Assembly (NCBI RefSeq): GCF_001194135.2
Contig: NC_068985.1
Location: forward strand, 92,846,375 to 92,910,374
DNA from: Octopus bimaculoides
Lineage: Eukaryota
DNA: 64,000 nucleotides
Direction: 5' to 3'
Shown here: one piece after another, positions 50,887 to 64,000 of the stretch
Layout of the letters: each line of letters starts with the position of its first letter
Position numbering within the stretch: position 1 is the stretch's first letter
Position numbers and translations under genes: made by a program
The notes under the pieces: generated by a model
Databases searched by the model: none
Told to the model about the DNA's origin: nothing
The model's input: the letters and a program-made list of their open reading frames with translations, nothing else

Positions 50887-51769
50887 TACAATAAAATAAA
50901 ATGACTGTAACAAGTCTTGCTATGAACAATAAATCTTGTGAACATATTTTCCGATGACCATTCTCTGCATTATCTATAGTTGTTTACTGGTTGATAAATA
51001 AAATTACATCTGATTCTGCTTCATTTTGTTCTCTCAGAAAAATAGTGTTTGAATAGTTATTACCTGCTTATGAAAAGTTATTATATGTTATAATTTAATA
51101 TAATTACATTGGATAACATTGTGATTCTAGCTTTCATAGCTATCTTGTTAAATACAATATAATACTCCAGTGCATTGGAGTAGCTTACACTTCAGTTGCT
51201 TCAGTAAAAATCATCAATAAATTGTAGTAAATTTGTTCAGATAATTATTCTTAGTAATACGCGACCTTGCATAAGTGTGGTTTTTTGTTTGTATTTCATA
51301 TGAATGCCGTGACTTTTAATATATAGAATCATATTTTCTATACATTTTTTTTTTTTTTTAATAAGAAACCTTGTGGTTTGAAAATTTCTAGGTAAAGTAC
51401 AACCAGGAGGTGAAGTCATAGAGCTGAATTTCTCCCCTCCTTCCACCTCAAGAAACAAAAATAATAACGAAAATAAAATGGAAACAAATATCCTGAAAGC
51501 ATTGAGTTAAAATCAGTAATAGCTAAGTAAGTTCAATATTTTTAAAGCTACACTTAATAAAAGAAGTTGATGGAAGAGACCAGCAGTTAGAACCTCTTTG
51601 TTAAATAAACCGATTAAATTGTCAATATCATACATTGTCTGGCTTCACTTGACATAAGATAATGTAATGGCTGCTGGATTGCTTCTTGACAATATAATGT
51701 TAATCTTGAGTTAATAATTGATTTAATGTATGTCCATATTGCTATAGGTTTTGAACACCTGCAACAAGG

Positions 51770-51950
51770 TAGCCTCGAAATAGTCAATCGACCTGCTAGA
51801 AATAGCAGCCAAATCTCATTCTAAAATAGGAAAAAGTGTGCATTGAATGCTGTAATTCCTGGTAAACAAGGTGTTCGTGATTGGAATAGCTTCAAATTAT
51901 GAGGCCTGCTTGAACAGGTTTCAGCTGGAACTGAGCAATAACAACACGTT
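51770..51950 (+). mobile_element. SINE-like family C, 3' fragment
   Basis: CGACCTGCTAGAAATAGCAGCCAAATCTC...GAGCAATAACAAC; related pieces at 24040, 43150-43270 and 47430-47600. Confidence 0.55.
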
Positions 51951-52044
51951 TACTGTGTAACTTTTTGTTTCTTAATCCATCTTCTTCTCTGTAATGTGTA
52001 GTCTTTCATATCCTTTGTAACAATTTCATCTCTACTTTATGTAC

Positions 52045-52289
52045 TCCGACCGGCACCTGTGCCAGTGGAGCACTAACGGCACCGTCTGAGCTTGATCATA
52101 GCCAGAGCAGCTGTCTGGCTTCCATGCTTGTGGCACGTAAATAGCACCATTTGAGCATGATCGTTACCAGCGTTGCCTTACTGGCACTTGTGCTGGTGGC
52201 ATGTTAGAAAATCATTCGAGCGAGGTCATTGCCTGTACTGCTGGACTGGCTCATCTGCAGGTGGCCATTTTGAGCATGGCCATTGCCAG
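52045..52289 (+). mobile_element. RTE 3'-UTR-like tandem units
   Basis: Repeated GGCACxTGTGCxxGTGGCA..TAAA.AGCACC..TTGAGC.TG.TC.TT.CCAG units, also present at 55121-55250. Confidence 0.6.
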
Positions 52290-52533
52290 CAGTCGCCTAT
52301 GCACACCGGCCTCCCCTTTCTACGCCGCCTGTGTTATCCAAGGAAAATGCAAAGGGGCCGATACAGCTTGGCACCAGTGACATTACAACACATTTCTACA
52401 GCTGAGTGAACTGGAGCAACGTGAAATAAAGTGTCTTGCTCAAGAACACAACACACAGCCCGGTCCGGGATTTGAACTCACAACCTCACGATCGTAAGCT
52501 TGACACTCTAACCACTGAGCCATGTGCCTTCAC
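52290..52533 (-). mobile_element. tRNA-derived SINE with a family E-like head and a different tail
   Basis: Minus strand GTGAAGGCACATGGCTCAGTGGTTAGAG...GAGTTCAAATCCC...GTGTTCTTGAGCAAGACACTTTATTTCACGTTGCTCCAG. The head and centre match 32111-32250. Confidence 0.85.
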
Positions 52534-52977
52534 ATACTAACCCACTAAGTGTGTGTGTGTGTATGTGTGTATATATATATATATATACATACACACGCAC
52601 ACGCTCATAAAACAGTAATGTATGCATAATGATTAAGGTAGTGAATTAGCCGTCATTATGCCATTGGATAGAATGCTCACATGATTTGTTTTTACTCTCT
52701 GCATACTTGAGTTCAAATTCCAATGGGATTTACTTTGTCTTGGGTGAAGTTTGATTAAAAAATACTAATTCAGGAAGAGAAATTGGTGAAAAATGTAGAA
52801 GTTTGGGTAAGGTGCCTTGTAGTATATGTTCCAGATGAGTTCTGTATAATTGTGATGATACTGGTGCCAAGTTGGATCAACCTAGGTCGTTGGAATTCCT
52901 TTTAGATAAACATTGGTATCATTGAGAGGGGGTAGCATGCTTGCAAAGATAAGTGGCAGTCATTCATAAAGAATCTT

Positions 52978-52978
<1 letters not shown>

Positions 52979-53029
<51 letters not shown>

Positions 53030-53036
53030 ACACACA
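52979..53036. repeat. (CA)n microsatellite
   Basis: Direct reading. Confidence 0.95.
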
Positions 53037-53249
53037 TATCTTCCTTGCTGTTCCTCTTCCACAGCTTCAATCCATTTTTATTTGAGTATATGACCCTTCT
53101 TTCTTCAGCTATCCTCCTCTATACTCATCACATGGTCATACCAATACATTATCCTTTCTTGAACATTACTCTTGATACCATTTATGACCAGTTCTCCTCT
53201 CAATTCATTTGTTCTCTCTCATTCATACACACTGTGATTACACATTCAA

Positions 53250-53504
53250 TGAAGCATGTTTGCTTCATTTCTTGCTAGCTTTTGTGAATCCTCTACTATG
53301 CATCATTACACTTCACACACAAGTATCATGCAAGCTACCTTTCGCTCTAAAGGAGAAACCCTTTGTTGCCAACAGAAGTAATGGCACTCTTAACTTTTTC
53401 CAACCAACCATTACTTTGGTTATTATGCTCTCAGACCCATCCCCACTAATTAGACCCTCTAAGTAACAGAAACTAACAACTGCTTCTGAAAGATACCTGA
53501 GCAC
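53250..53504 (-). mobile_element. RTE-clade LINE fragment
   Basis: Supplied ORF 53313-53504 reads VVSFCYLEGLISGDGSESIITKVMVGWKKLRVPLLLLATKGFSFRAKG. Confidence 0.8.
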
Positions 53505-54888
53505 TGGTGGGAGTTAATTTTGCAAGCACTCTTAATACTTTTGGCCCCTGTGCATTTACCATGAGTGAAATTTACTGTCTCTGTTAGCCTAACTTGATCC
53601 CAGGATATCCCTTGTACATTTAGGTAAAGGCATGGATCTTTGGTTGAGAAGTCCACTTCCCAATCATGTGTTTTCGGGTTCAATTCCACTGTGCAAGACT
53701 GTCAGTATGCATGCATTTGTGCCTCTGTATTTGTCTATATTTGTGATGGACCATATGAAAGTGTGGCAAGTGGTGTTGTCAGTTTCTCCACTCAACAAAC
53801 TGTCTTGCTTCCTCTTGCCACTAAAGTTATGTTGGATAAAAGATACCCACTTGAAAAACAGAACATGGTTAGCTTCAGGAAGGATATCTAACTGTAAAAC
53901 AATGTCTTGGATAACATTTTACATATTCTAAGACATTCCAAAATTCTATGTCATGTGCCACTTAATATATGAGATTTCTCTCTCCATATCTGCCAGGGTC
54001 CAAGGAAAGTCTTTCTCCTTCCTTCTTGTGCTTGTATGATAGTGTTAAGGGAAGGGGCTTGCTGGTTTCCATTGTATAGTGCTGCTGTACCAGGTTTTTT
54101 GTTGTTTTTTTCTTTCTGTTAGAAGATCCATATCTAAACTTTGTCAGTTGCTGGTGACAGTGGCAAAGCTGAGATCAAACATTTTTAAAGATATAAATCC
54201 ATTTTCCATTAGACTTATTTAAAGATAATTCTTTTATTATTGTCTATATCAAAGTATACTTATATTTTATCTTAAATCATTTTGATCCTCAACAGATTCT
54301 TAATATCTTTCTCTTTCATGCTATTTCTTTTGAGACCAAATTACAAGAGTAATCCCATTAACAGTGACCTATCTTTTCTTAATGTCAGTGCTTTCTTTAA
54401 GATCATTGCCAAAAGATCAGTCAGGATTAGAATAAATTACATTAAAGGCAATTTTTTTAAAGTTTTAAATTCATTTCTTGTTGAATCTAATGACTTATAA
54501 ATGTATGTTTAATTTGTTAGCAGGACTTATTCATTTGGGTGTCAATGTTTCAAACCACAAACATTGAAGTCATATAAGATGGATTGATGCCAGCAACTAA
54601 TTGAAAGCATCTATTTAATCTTTTATTTGACTTGTTGTTTCTGGAGCATATGCTACTCATTGATAATATAATTAGATATATGCTTCAGGTTAATTAGTGC
54701 TAATAGTATATTCGTCATTTCATAAAGATTACTCACTGAATGAAGAAATGACAAAAATAAAATTAAAATATCTGTACGTGTCTTATATGGATGTAGAATA
54801 ATTTTCAACGAATCACATTTCCAACTCTATTGTTTTTTTGTTTTTTTGTATGTGTGTGTTTCTAAATAATTTTCTGGAATTGTTTCAC

Positions 54889-55062
54889 AGATGCAGGTAT
54901 GGTTCTGTAGTTAAGTTCACTTTGCAACTGTGTAGCTTTGAGTTCAGTGCCACTGCCATAATGCCTTGGGCAAGTGTCTTCAGATGTAACCCCAGGTTGA
55001 CCAATGCCTTGTAAGTAAATTTTGTAGCCAGAAACTTAGAGGAAGCCCATCACATATGTGTG

Positions 55063-55120
<58 letters not shown>

Positions 55121-55335
55121 CAGTACTGCCTGATTGGCACTTGTGCCAGTGGAATGTTAAAAGCACACCTGAGTGTGATCGTTGCCAGAGCCAGTGGCAT
55201 GATCATTGCCAGCGTTGGCGTACATGAAAAACAACATTCAAGCATGGTCGTTGAAGAGTAAAGGTACCAGGGCCAATTTGTTTCACCAATTTCTTCAAGG
55301 CAACAACCGAACATGGCTTCAGTTCAGTGACTGAA
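54889..55335 (+). mobile_element. Composite: SINE family A head and tail around (TA)n and RTE-3'UTR-like units
   Basis: Head with GAGTTCAGTGCCACTG and CCTTGGGCAAGTGTCTTC, (TA)n at about 55066-55118, repeat units at 55121-55250, tail TTCAGTGACTGAAACATG. Confidence 0.7.
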
Positions 55336-57391
55336 ACATGTTAAAGTTAATAGTTAAGAGATAAAAATTTAAAAGATAAAATTGTCCTTAGTAAAACTCA
55401 ACAACATCTACAATTTAGCAACTGTAAATTTTAATGTAGTTGTTGCATTGATATGCCTGTGGGAAATAGTGTCGTTACAATGGTAACTATTACATGTAGC
55501 AGTAAGTTCTGAGCAAATAAAGGTCATCTGTAATCTTTCACAGTGTTTGTATTAGAGAACTACCTCTATTATCATTAGCAAAAAAACAAAGGTGGAACGA
55601 ATATTATAGTTCTGTTGTATCATTAGTTGATTGATAGGCCTGTATTTTGACCTTTTGCATATTGCTGTGGGTAGCTTTGTGTAGTGGTAGGTCTGAATGA
55701 GATGAATCTGTAAGCAATTGGTTACATTTCAATTATTTTGTTAGTATAATTAGGAAAAGAGGTGAATGTCAGAACGTGTCATTTCTCTGCATTTACAAAG
55801 CACTAAAACTTTATGAGTGATGACTAAACTATTATTATTATTGGGTGTTTTATTGTAAATCTAACACAATTTTTCATTCTATTTCTATTTAATTATTGTA
55901 TTTATTATGCTATGTAAAATGTGTAATATATGAAAGTTGCTGTTAAAAATATATACTTACAGCAAATATGTCTTATTTTCTATGGAAGCAATAATGTTTG
56001 TTGTTTTTCTTTTGATTTTGCTATGAAAATAATCAATTCACACAAATAGATACCATTGTAGTTACTGACTTCTCCCACCGTAACCTTACCTGTAATGGTA
56101 ACTCAAACAAATAGCTCACATGTAATTGAGTTCCACTTGAGGTCGTGTAAGATTATTAAAATACTTTATTGGACACTGTACTTGAGTTGGATAAATTTTA
56201 CCTTTCAATAATAAAAGAATGCTTGGGCTGAAATAGATTTCAGTCAGTTGGTTTATTAAAACAAAAAATAGGGAACTAATTCTAATAGGAATTAGGAAAT
56301 TCACTGCAGCAGGCAAATCAGTTATTGACACTCTTCAAGACACCCTTACCCGATAATGATTTCTTTTCATATTTTTACCTGTGTTAGTGTCAGATATACA
56401 ATGCTGAGTGATGCTTGATAGAGGAATCCTTACAGCCCAACTCTGTGAGCTCAGTGCCCACTGGCACTTTTAGCATTGTGAGAATGGTCCCTATACCTCT
56501 CATTTAACAATTATATACTGCTCCGATATAATCCTACTAAATGCATCTGTTCTTGTATTCATCCTGTACATTTATCCTCAATGCTTTCCTAAAAATCCAT
56601 TCCTCTGGCATTTTCTTTTCACTTAGATACCAAATATTCTTGTATTTATATACTTTAAAACTGAACATCAAGCATATCAACTCCATCTATTCTTGAATCT
56701 TTTCCGAAGCTGGAAAAAGCTATGAGCATTGTCCCTACTCTTCTGATTAACTAATGAATAAAAACTACAAGAGAAGTATTTGTAGCATTATTTTATTTCT
56801 GAATGATGGCTTTATTTGTTGGAGATCAGTGATGTGAGTTATTTTTAACTGTGTTTGGTATTCTAAGAAGTTTATATTTCATCTCATTGCACTTATTTAG
56901 CTGTGATTCATTGGAGCTTTTCACTGTACTCTAACTTTATTATGCATAATAATAGGATGATAGTTGACCTATTCTTACTGCAAACATGAGATTAAGAAAT
57001 ATACTTTACTTCTATTTATGTGCATGTGACTAAATGCTGGCATGCACACACACACGTGTGTGAATGTGTGTGTGAGAGTGTATGTTATGAGTTTACGTAT
57101 GTAAGCATTAAAGTGCTCAATACACTTGTGGTAAAAAAAAGTGTAGGGTCTATTATTTGTGTAAATCCATGTTTCATTCAGGTATATGAGTAGATATTGT
57201 ATACATGTGTGTGCTTGCTCATATTGCATTAAAGAAATCAAGTATTACACTATGATTCTTTTTTTTTCTTACCTTTCTAAATAACGTTTGGCAAATCTAA
57301 GTTGCTTGCTTCACAGGCTGCATAAACTGACTATATGGGTTCATACACATATAACTGTGTGTAATGTTGGTTTTGTTAAATTTAGATACTA

Positions 57392-57518
57392 CAGAGTGTC
57401 CACAAGGTCTGGGTACATGGAATAAATAAAATCATAACATAAACAATTAAATATAAAAAATAATAATTTCTTAAAGTATGTGTTAATCCCCACCTACCCA
57501 AACTTTGTGGACACCCTG
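57392..57518. mobile_element. 127-bp Tc1/mariner-type MITE
   Basis: TIRs CAGAGTGTCCACAAGGTCTGGGTA and reverse-complement CAGGGTGTCCACAAAGTTTGGGTA (21 of 24 match), TA on both sides, AT-rich interior. Confidence 0.85.
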
Positions 57519-57846
57519 TAGAATAAGATTTTCAAGATGTTCAGCCTTGCACAGATGACGACAAAGGACTGAGAGGGTTAGTGCTCTGCTTTATTTAAGA
57601 AACCTTATCCATTACTACAAAGATGATATCCTAAAACCACTTGACCTTGCTTGTGTGTGCAAGGCCCTGTCCCACTCATCTGTCCCCCCTGTGTGACATG
57701 TCAAGCATCCGCTTCCCTCATTTTCATCCCTGTACATATTACATTCCATCACTTCCCTAACAGACTCCCCACTGCAACTGCTTCCATTCCTCATCATCTT
57801 TGCCAACACTATTTCTACCAATCACCATCTTTCTGTGCCTTCAGTC

Positions 57847-57949
<103 letters not shown>

Positions 57950-58459
57950 CTGCTACATTCCATTCTAAACAGACATGTCTTCTGTAGCTCCTTGTTTCCT
58001 TGTTCCTCTCTCTTCTCTGCTCCAATGCTTTTCACATCATTTTACTACAATCTGTTTTGTTTTTTTTCTCCATCCTGACTCACTCATATCTCCCACCTTA
58101 CCCTTCTTCATACTCGTTTTACCCATTATCTGCACCTCCAACCTTTGTTCATCCCTCACTACATTAACCTTTATCACCACTTGTTTACTCCACCCTCTCT
58201 TACGGAAGCATGCACTCTCTCATTCCCTCCCATGACCCACTGTCCCTATCCTCTTATGCTCACATTGTTCTTTGGATTTGCTCTTGCACCCCATCACTGT
58301 CTCCCTTTATCTCTTTCTGCCATGTATCTCCTCTATAGCCAGACAATTGTGCTTACCCCTCTATCATACTTTAGCCCTTCAAAGGCTACCAATATCCACC
58401 TTCTCTTCCCAAATACTTCCTTTTAGTAATGGGAGTCCCGCCTCACCACCTTCTGTATT

Positions 58460-58660
58460 GCAAGTTACATGGCAACTTCACCAGGGCCAGTGGCTCAAAA
58501 TAATGAAGTGCCCAGTACATTTTGTAAAACGGTTGGTGATAGGAGGGGGGCATCCAACCCATAGAAACCCTGTCAGAGATGACATGGCTCTGCAACTTGC
58601 TGGATCCCTGTCAGACTATCCAGCACATGTCAGCATGGAAGCTGGACATGAAATGATGAT
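58460..58660 (+). mobile_element. RTE-type 3' tail, decayed
   Basis: GTTGGTGATAGGAGGGGGCATCCAA...TCAGCATGGAAGCTGGACATGAAATGATGAT. Confidence 0.6.
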
Positions 58661-58819
58661 ATTGGAACACTCCAAATGTAGAATATTTCACACAATGATC
58701 AGAAAGTTATCTGAACATTCATAGAAAGACATTAGGTAACTTAGATATGCTTTGGCCAACAACTGACTGATGCCATGTCTAACTTAATAACATCACCTGA
58801 TAGGATCTGTTAAGTCATT

Positions 58820-58960
58820 TTTGTGGTATCATAGCCCATACAAGTAGGAAGTTGTTGTAGACTGAGATGTGTCCTGGTATAGGTGGCTTATCAGGTATCC
58901 CTTGAAGAAATTTGTCCAGGTATCATTTGAAAGTGATGGGATCTTTTCTTTAATTTGCTT
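58820..58960 (-). mobile_element. CR1-like LINE ORF2 C-terminal fragment
   Basis: Minus strand ITFK*YLDKFLQGIPDKPPIPG...NNFL resembles the CR1-group ending FK..LDKFL..IPD.P..PG. Confidence 0.6.
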
Positions 58961-61900
58961 CAGGATGCTGTAAATAATGTCAACTAATTGATCCCCTGCA
59001 TTTCATGAGAATAACTAACAGCAGTATTCAACCTTGGTTTATTAAAACCTAAAATATATTCAATCATATGAATTCCCTAAGTTGTGCATAAATTGATTTA
59101 AAACTATCTTCAGTTTACCTGGGAATGTTGACCCACTCATTATAGTGTCATCTAAGTAAAATCGCTATTCAAGGTAGGTTTCATAAAAATAGACACAACA
59201 AATCTAACGAAATTTTACTCTAACACTTTTCAAAAAAATTTTCCATGAACATTTAAAAAGAAAAGTAGGAATATTTTACATTGATGAATTATTTCAATGC
59301 CTTTTTAGTACTTAGGGATCTACTATAGTCATTTTTTTTTCCAGCTGGGAGCTACAAAACAGCAAATTTAAGAAAATGTCACATAGCTTATAACCCTTCC
59401 TTGAAAAGATGTGCTCATAAGCAAACTTTTTGGTTTCTTATATGTATATGGAAAACTGTAGCTGAGAATTTGATACATACGCATAGATAGGTACATATAC
59501 TTCTATGTATTAAGATGACAAGTTTTATATTTTTGTGTGTTCAATATTAAACTGAGATGCTTATTTTTGTACCGCTCTCTCAGGTTTGCTGACCATTAAA
59601 CAAAGTAATCACTTCTTAGAGAAAGCTGTTATCTTTTTTATTGTTGTTTCCATCAATAATTCTAAAAGATTCTTAGTGATTATCTTTTAAAGTGTCTCTT
59701 GTAGATGAGTTTATGCATATTATGTATTAACACACACACACACAATTTAATTCTACATATATTAATCCTATATTGGGTTATCTGAACATCCTAATTTGTA
59801 TGTCTTCTGTAACCCTTGGGTCTATTTCAGCTGCCTTCCACTACTAACTCCCAGCTCTCCACTTAGAATCTTATTTGTTTGCATGCTTGTTAATTCCTTT
59901 TCAGTCATCTCTGTTGCAAAGATGACTGGCATTGCAGATTAGATAGCAGCAGAATGTGTGTGTGAGGAGGGGAGTCCAAAGAGCTGTTGCTTTCTGTGAA
60001 GGAAGAATAGAGATTGTTTATTACAGATCTGGGAATTGATACACAAAGGGGAGAAAATAGTACCAGAAACAATTGCATTGATTTCTTTCCATGGCATGGA
60101 GTAAAGTTAATTGTTTCTAGAGGAAAAGAGGCCAATAAAGCTGTGATAGAAAAGACAAAGAGAACAGCACAGCTTGAGGTCAGAGGCTGGTTAGCTTGAG
60201 TTTATATCAATCAGATGGCTTTTTCATAGATGCAGTGAAGACAGTATTTGTTTTCTGTGCATTGTTACAGATGTCTCAGCTTTGTTGATGTGTATATTTA
60301 TATTTACATTTTGTAAATATAAATCAACATGTTAGTATGCACTAGTGTTGGTGCTTTCATATCAGTCTACTAGAAATAATACTGCGTCTTTTATGCATCT
60401 TTGTGGTCATTATATTTATCCATTTATATATGTTTGTAAATACATGTTGACTATTAGGTTAAATTATTAATCTTCTACACGAGTGCAAGTTGAGTTGTTT
60501 AGCAGTAATGACTGTATTGATCTCGAAAAACCCTTGTTTTAACAATTCATATGCAAATAACCTAATTTGTAAAGAAAACATTCTACCAAAGTAAGAACAG
60601 TTATAAATAGATTTAAGAATTTCTTTATTACTCATGGGCATTTTCTACACTTTTGACAAGGAAACTTGATTACCCCACAGGCAAAACAAAAGATAAACCA
60701 AAACAAAAAAAAACCCAATTTCCAAACGGTAAAACTGCTAACTTTAAAGGTTGGCATTGGACATGAAAGAGATCTATTCAACTGAAGAATTCATACTAAA
60801 GTATGAATAATTATTGATGCACTGCTTTCTGTAACATATTCAAACTACATAACCATACAGTTACTGCTTTTGGATGTAAACTTTAAGCCATTGCATTATA
60901 TTGAAAAAATATTTCTGAATACAACCATATGATTTTATTCCATAATATAACTCCGCACTCTCTATTCTATGTATTTTTTTCTAGCTAATAGAATCTTTGT
61001 AGTGAAACGATTATTGGATGATTTATCAATTATAAAACTGGTTTAGAATGGGATAAGAGCTGAAAGCTAAACTATATGCGACTCAGATTAAACAAGGAAG
61101 GAGGAAAAAAGTTTCAATAAATTTAGCATTTTGATTTTCATGACTATGGCCTACCTTTTCATACAATTTTGTTTTTTTATTGATATTATGAAATATATCT
61201 CACTCTGAGATATATTTTAAAGTAGTTGTCATTTAATTTAATAAATATACAACAACCCCAAAAAGCCATTTATCATTGTAGGCCATCTTTTGTGTAAAAT
61301 TCTATAAAATTTAAAAGATTGCATATAACAGTTATTTTTAGAATCTTCGATTATGGTTTCTGAGGAATTTTCAAATTGTAATGGTTTTTATTTAAATAAA
61401 GAGATCTCAAGAATTTGAAAAAGAATAAATTGTTATTTTAACAGCATTTTAAATATTACTGAAAGGAATTACATTTCTTCTCAAAATATTATGGCCTAAA
61501 TTTTGATTTTCCATAATTTTGATGCATTTATTTAGATAAAAGAAACCTGATTTTTAAAGAAATGGATATTTCTTAAATATTTTCTTTAGATAGTCGACTT
61601 TTTTGCTTTTGGTTCATTAGAGTTTATTGATAAAATAAGAATAACCAGAGATAAGTATGAGATGAATTGAAATATTGTAGGAATATGGATGTTATGAATT
61701 TGAAATGTTTACCATTTGAAAGTTTTCCAATATTTATAGTTTCATATCTATTTTAATGATTGAAATATAAAGCTAAATAGAAATGCTCTCAAAGAAATTA
61801 GTTTCCCTTTTGTATTTGTTTTATATCATTAACCTTTTCACTTTATAAGGGCTTCACCCATTATCTAAGCATACTTATAAAATTATGAACGTTGAGTTTC

Positions 61901-62159
61901 TTTTATCCACAATTTTGCATGTGACTGAGAAAAAAATGTTACATCTGCTTCTCTAGTGAACCTGTGTGCTCAGTATGTAGTTGCTTCTCATTTAAATACA
62001 TATTTTAGCAAAACTCGATTTTAATTTAATAACTTCATTGATGAGGCATTTGACGAGAAGGTGAAGATGGCAGTAACGTATAACATTGAAGAGTCCAAGA
62101 GGTTCCTAGACAATTTAATGAAGGCCACTGACAAACTATGGCTGGTGTGAAGTCCCATC

Positions 62160-62680
62160 CAGATCTACAGTAACAGCATTGGTATGGTCATGTTTCTAGA
62201 TGATGAAGGCTGTGTAAAGAAGTGCCAGTCTATAATTGTAGCCACAACCAATAGAAGGGGTAGACCCAGGAAGATGTGGGATGAGGTGGTGAAATATGAT
62301 CTTTGCATAGAGGTGATGACAAATGACTGAGACTTCTGGCTATTTACTGCGCTTGAGAAGACATGTCAAATTAAGTGAAACTGTAGTTGTGGCTAATGCT
62401 GGTGACATATAAAAGGCACCTGTGCCAGTAACTCATAAGAGTCACCTATGCTGGTGGCTCGTAAAAGACACCCATGTTAGTGGCTCGTAAAAGATATCTG
62501 TGCTGGTAGCTCGTAAAATACACCTGTGCTGGTGGCTCACAAAAAGGCACCCAGTAGAGTGGGTGGTGTTAGGAAGGACATCCAACTGTAAAAACCAAGC
62601 CAAAAGAGACGATTGGAGCCTGGGACAGCTTTGCAGCCTACCAGCTCCAGTCAAGGAAAACAGATGTTGAATGATGATGA
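62160..62680 (+). mobile_element. RTE LINE 3' end: end of ORF, tandem-repeat 3' UTR and tail
   Basis: WYGHVSR (then a frameshift) DDEGCVKKCQ...RRGRPRKMWDEVVKYDL...LEKTCQIK*, six 26-nt units, GGTGTTAGGAAGGACATCCAACTGTA and ATGATGATGA. Confidence 0.85.
62395..62551 (+). repeat. Six tandem 26-27-nt units in the RTE 3' UTR
   Basis: Units start at 62395, 62421, 62447, 62473, 62499 and 62525; consensus about TGTGCTGGTGGCTCGTAAAAGGCACC. Confidence 0.85.
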
Positions 62681-62902
62681 GTGAGTCTGGAAATGATCTC
62701 TTGAATCAAAGAGTTCATTGTAATGAAAAAGTAAAGTTAAAGAAAACATTTTGGTAAAACATTGGTTCTTGCCTGGTCAAGTTGATGTTTCTAAGCAAGA
62801 TGCTTAAGCATGGGTTCTATCAAAAGGACTGCAAAATTGGGCATAACATCTTTGTTACATGATCTAAATTTATTTATGAAAATGTGTAACTGATGAGTTC
62901 AC

Positions 62903-62906
<4 letters not shown>

Positions 62907-62973
<67 letters not shown>
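62907..62973. repeat. (ATT)n microsatellite
   Basis: Direct reading. Confidence 0.97.
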
Positions 62974-62974
<1 letters not shown>

Positions 62975-64000
62975 AGACCGTTTCAATTCAGCTGAAGTTA
63001 ATTTGGACTTTTCTAAATTTGTGCAACAGTTATGTGATACTCTGAAATCAGTGCCCAAACATTATATAATCATGACCTGATTAAAATAATAGATTGGCTG
63101 TTCTTCTATTATATGCCTAATCACAGTACACAACAATTCCACAATGATACAATGGTAACTTTATGTGCTCAAAGCATTTCACATATTAAAGTAGTAACAA
63201 AACATCACATTTCTACATATTTTGGCTGTTTATAGTTGTTGTCTTCTTTTCAAATTTTCTGAACTGATTAAAATTTTATTGTTGTATATTACTTACAAGA
63301 GAGCATTTAATATAAACAAATATCACATTACATATAAAAGATATATGTATATTGATATGTGTATCTAAGTATGAGTGTGTTTCTCTATGTGTATATGGGC
63401 AAGTCTGTGTGTGAAACTCTGTATATTAAATTTCAACTTTTTCTGTCTAATCTCTTAATTTTAAATGTTTACAATATACTATGCAATTCAATTAGATGAT
63501 TAACAAGGGGGTTAAAAAAAACCATCAACTGTATTGGTTGATATCTCAAGAATAGGGAGTGTAATTTTCTCTGTATTATGAAATGCTAAGTACAATAGCA
63601 GAGAGGTTATGATTCAGAGAATCTATTCTATGCTTTAGTGCAAAGCAGAGAAGTAATTAGTTTGTTTTTGTTCTATTCAAGACAAAGTAGAGTGTTGTGT
63701 GTTTAGTGAAATAATGTTGGTTTGTGAATAAGTGAGGGAGAGAGAGAGAGAGAGATCATTGATACACTAAAACTGAGCTGTTCAAAACAAACTTTGTGAA
63801 TCAAGAGTTGTAATATGAATGTTAGTGGAGTGATGGAGTTTATTACTGGACGATTTAGTCAAAAATAGTTGTGAGATTACTGTTAAAACTGTTAAATGTG
63901 GTTTGTGGTTGATCAAGCAAAGCTCAGTGATGCTGAGGTCCCCCTACACACCCAAGTCTTCGTATACAAAGATGGTGGTGCCCCAGCATGACCACAATTA

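Noticed and set aside
54870-54902. Apparent 6-nt microexon TTTCACAG|ATGCAG|GTATGG
   Set aside because: The exon and donor are the diverged head of a SINE family A copy.
62395-62551. Regular 26-nt repeats considered as CRISPR-like
   Set aside because: The units are contiguous with no unique spacers and lie in a eukaryotic LINE 3' UTR.

Overview
AT-rich, short-read-type eukaryotic assembly with four N gaps; three are flanked by (TA)n on at least one side, and the fourth lies inside a (CA)n/(TA)n tract. The repeat families resemble, from memory, those of octopod cephalopods (Octopus), so the species is an inference. I recognise no complete protein-coding gene and assign no gene symbol. The window reads as a very large intron or an intergenic region. 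It contains at least six tRNA-headed SINE families, many decayed RTE-clade LINE pieces, a CR1-like 3' end, three Tc1/mariner-superfamily relics, a 127-bp MITE and many microsatellites. Four observations stand out. (1) A tRNA-headed SINE-like family (three copies) whose consensus contains a Penelope-type minimal hammerhead ribozyme; two copies are fused head-to-head into a ~480-bp palindrome. (2) A canonical recursive-splicing-type site (polypyrimidine-CAG|GTAAG) on the + strand, with a second donor 47 nt downstream. (3) Two minus-strand microexon candidates (20 nt and 10 nt) that together preserve frame; the 10-nt one has a UGC motif and complementary flanks. (4) A foldback mariner end with 173-bp arms. 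The + strand and - strand splice candidates conflict unless genes overlap, and none is confirmed without RNA data.
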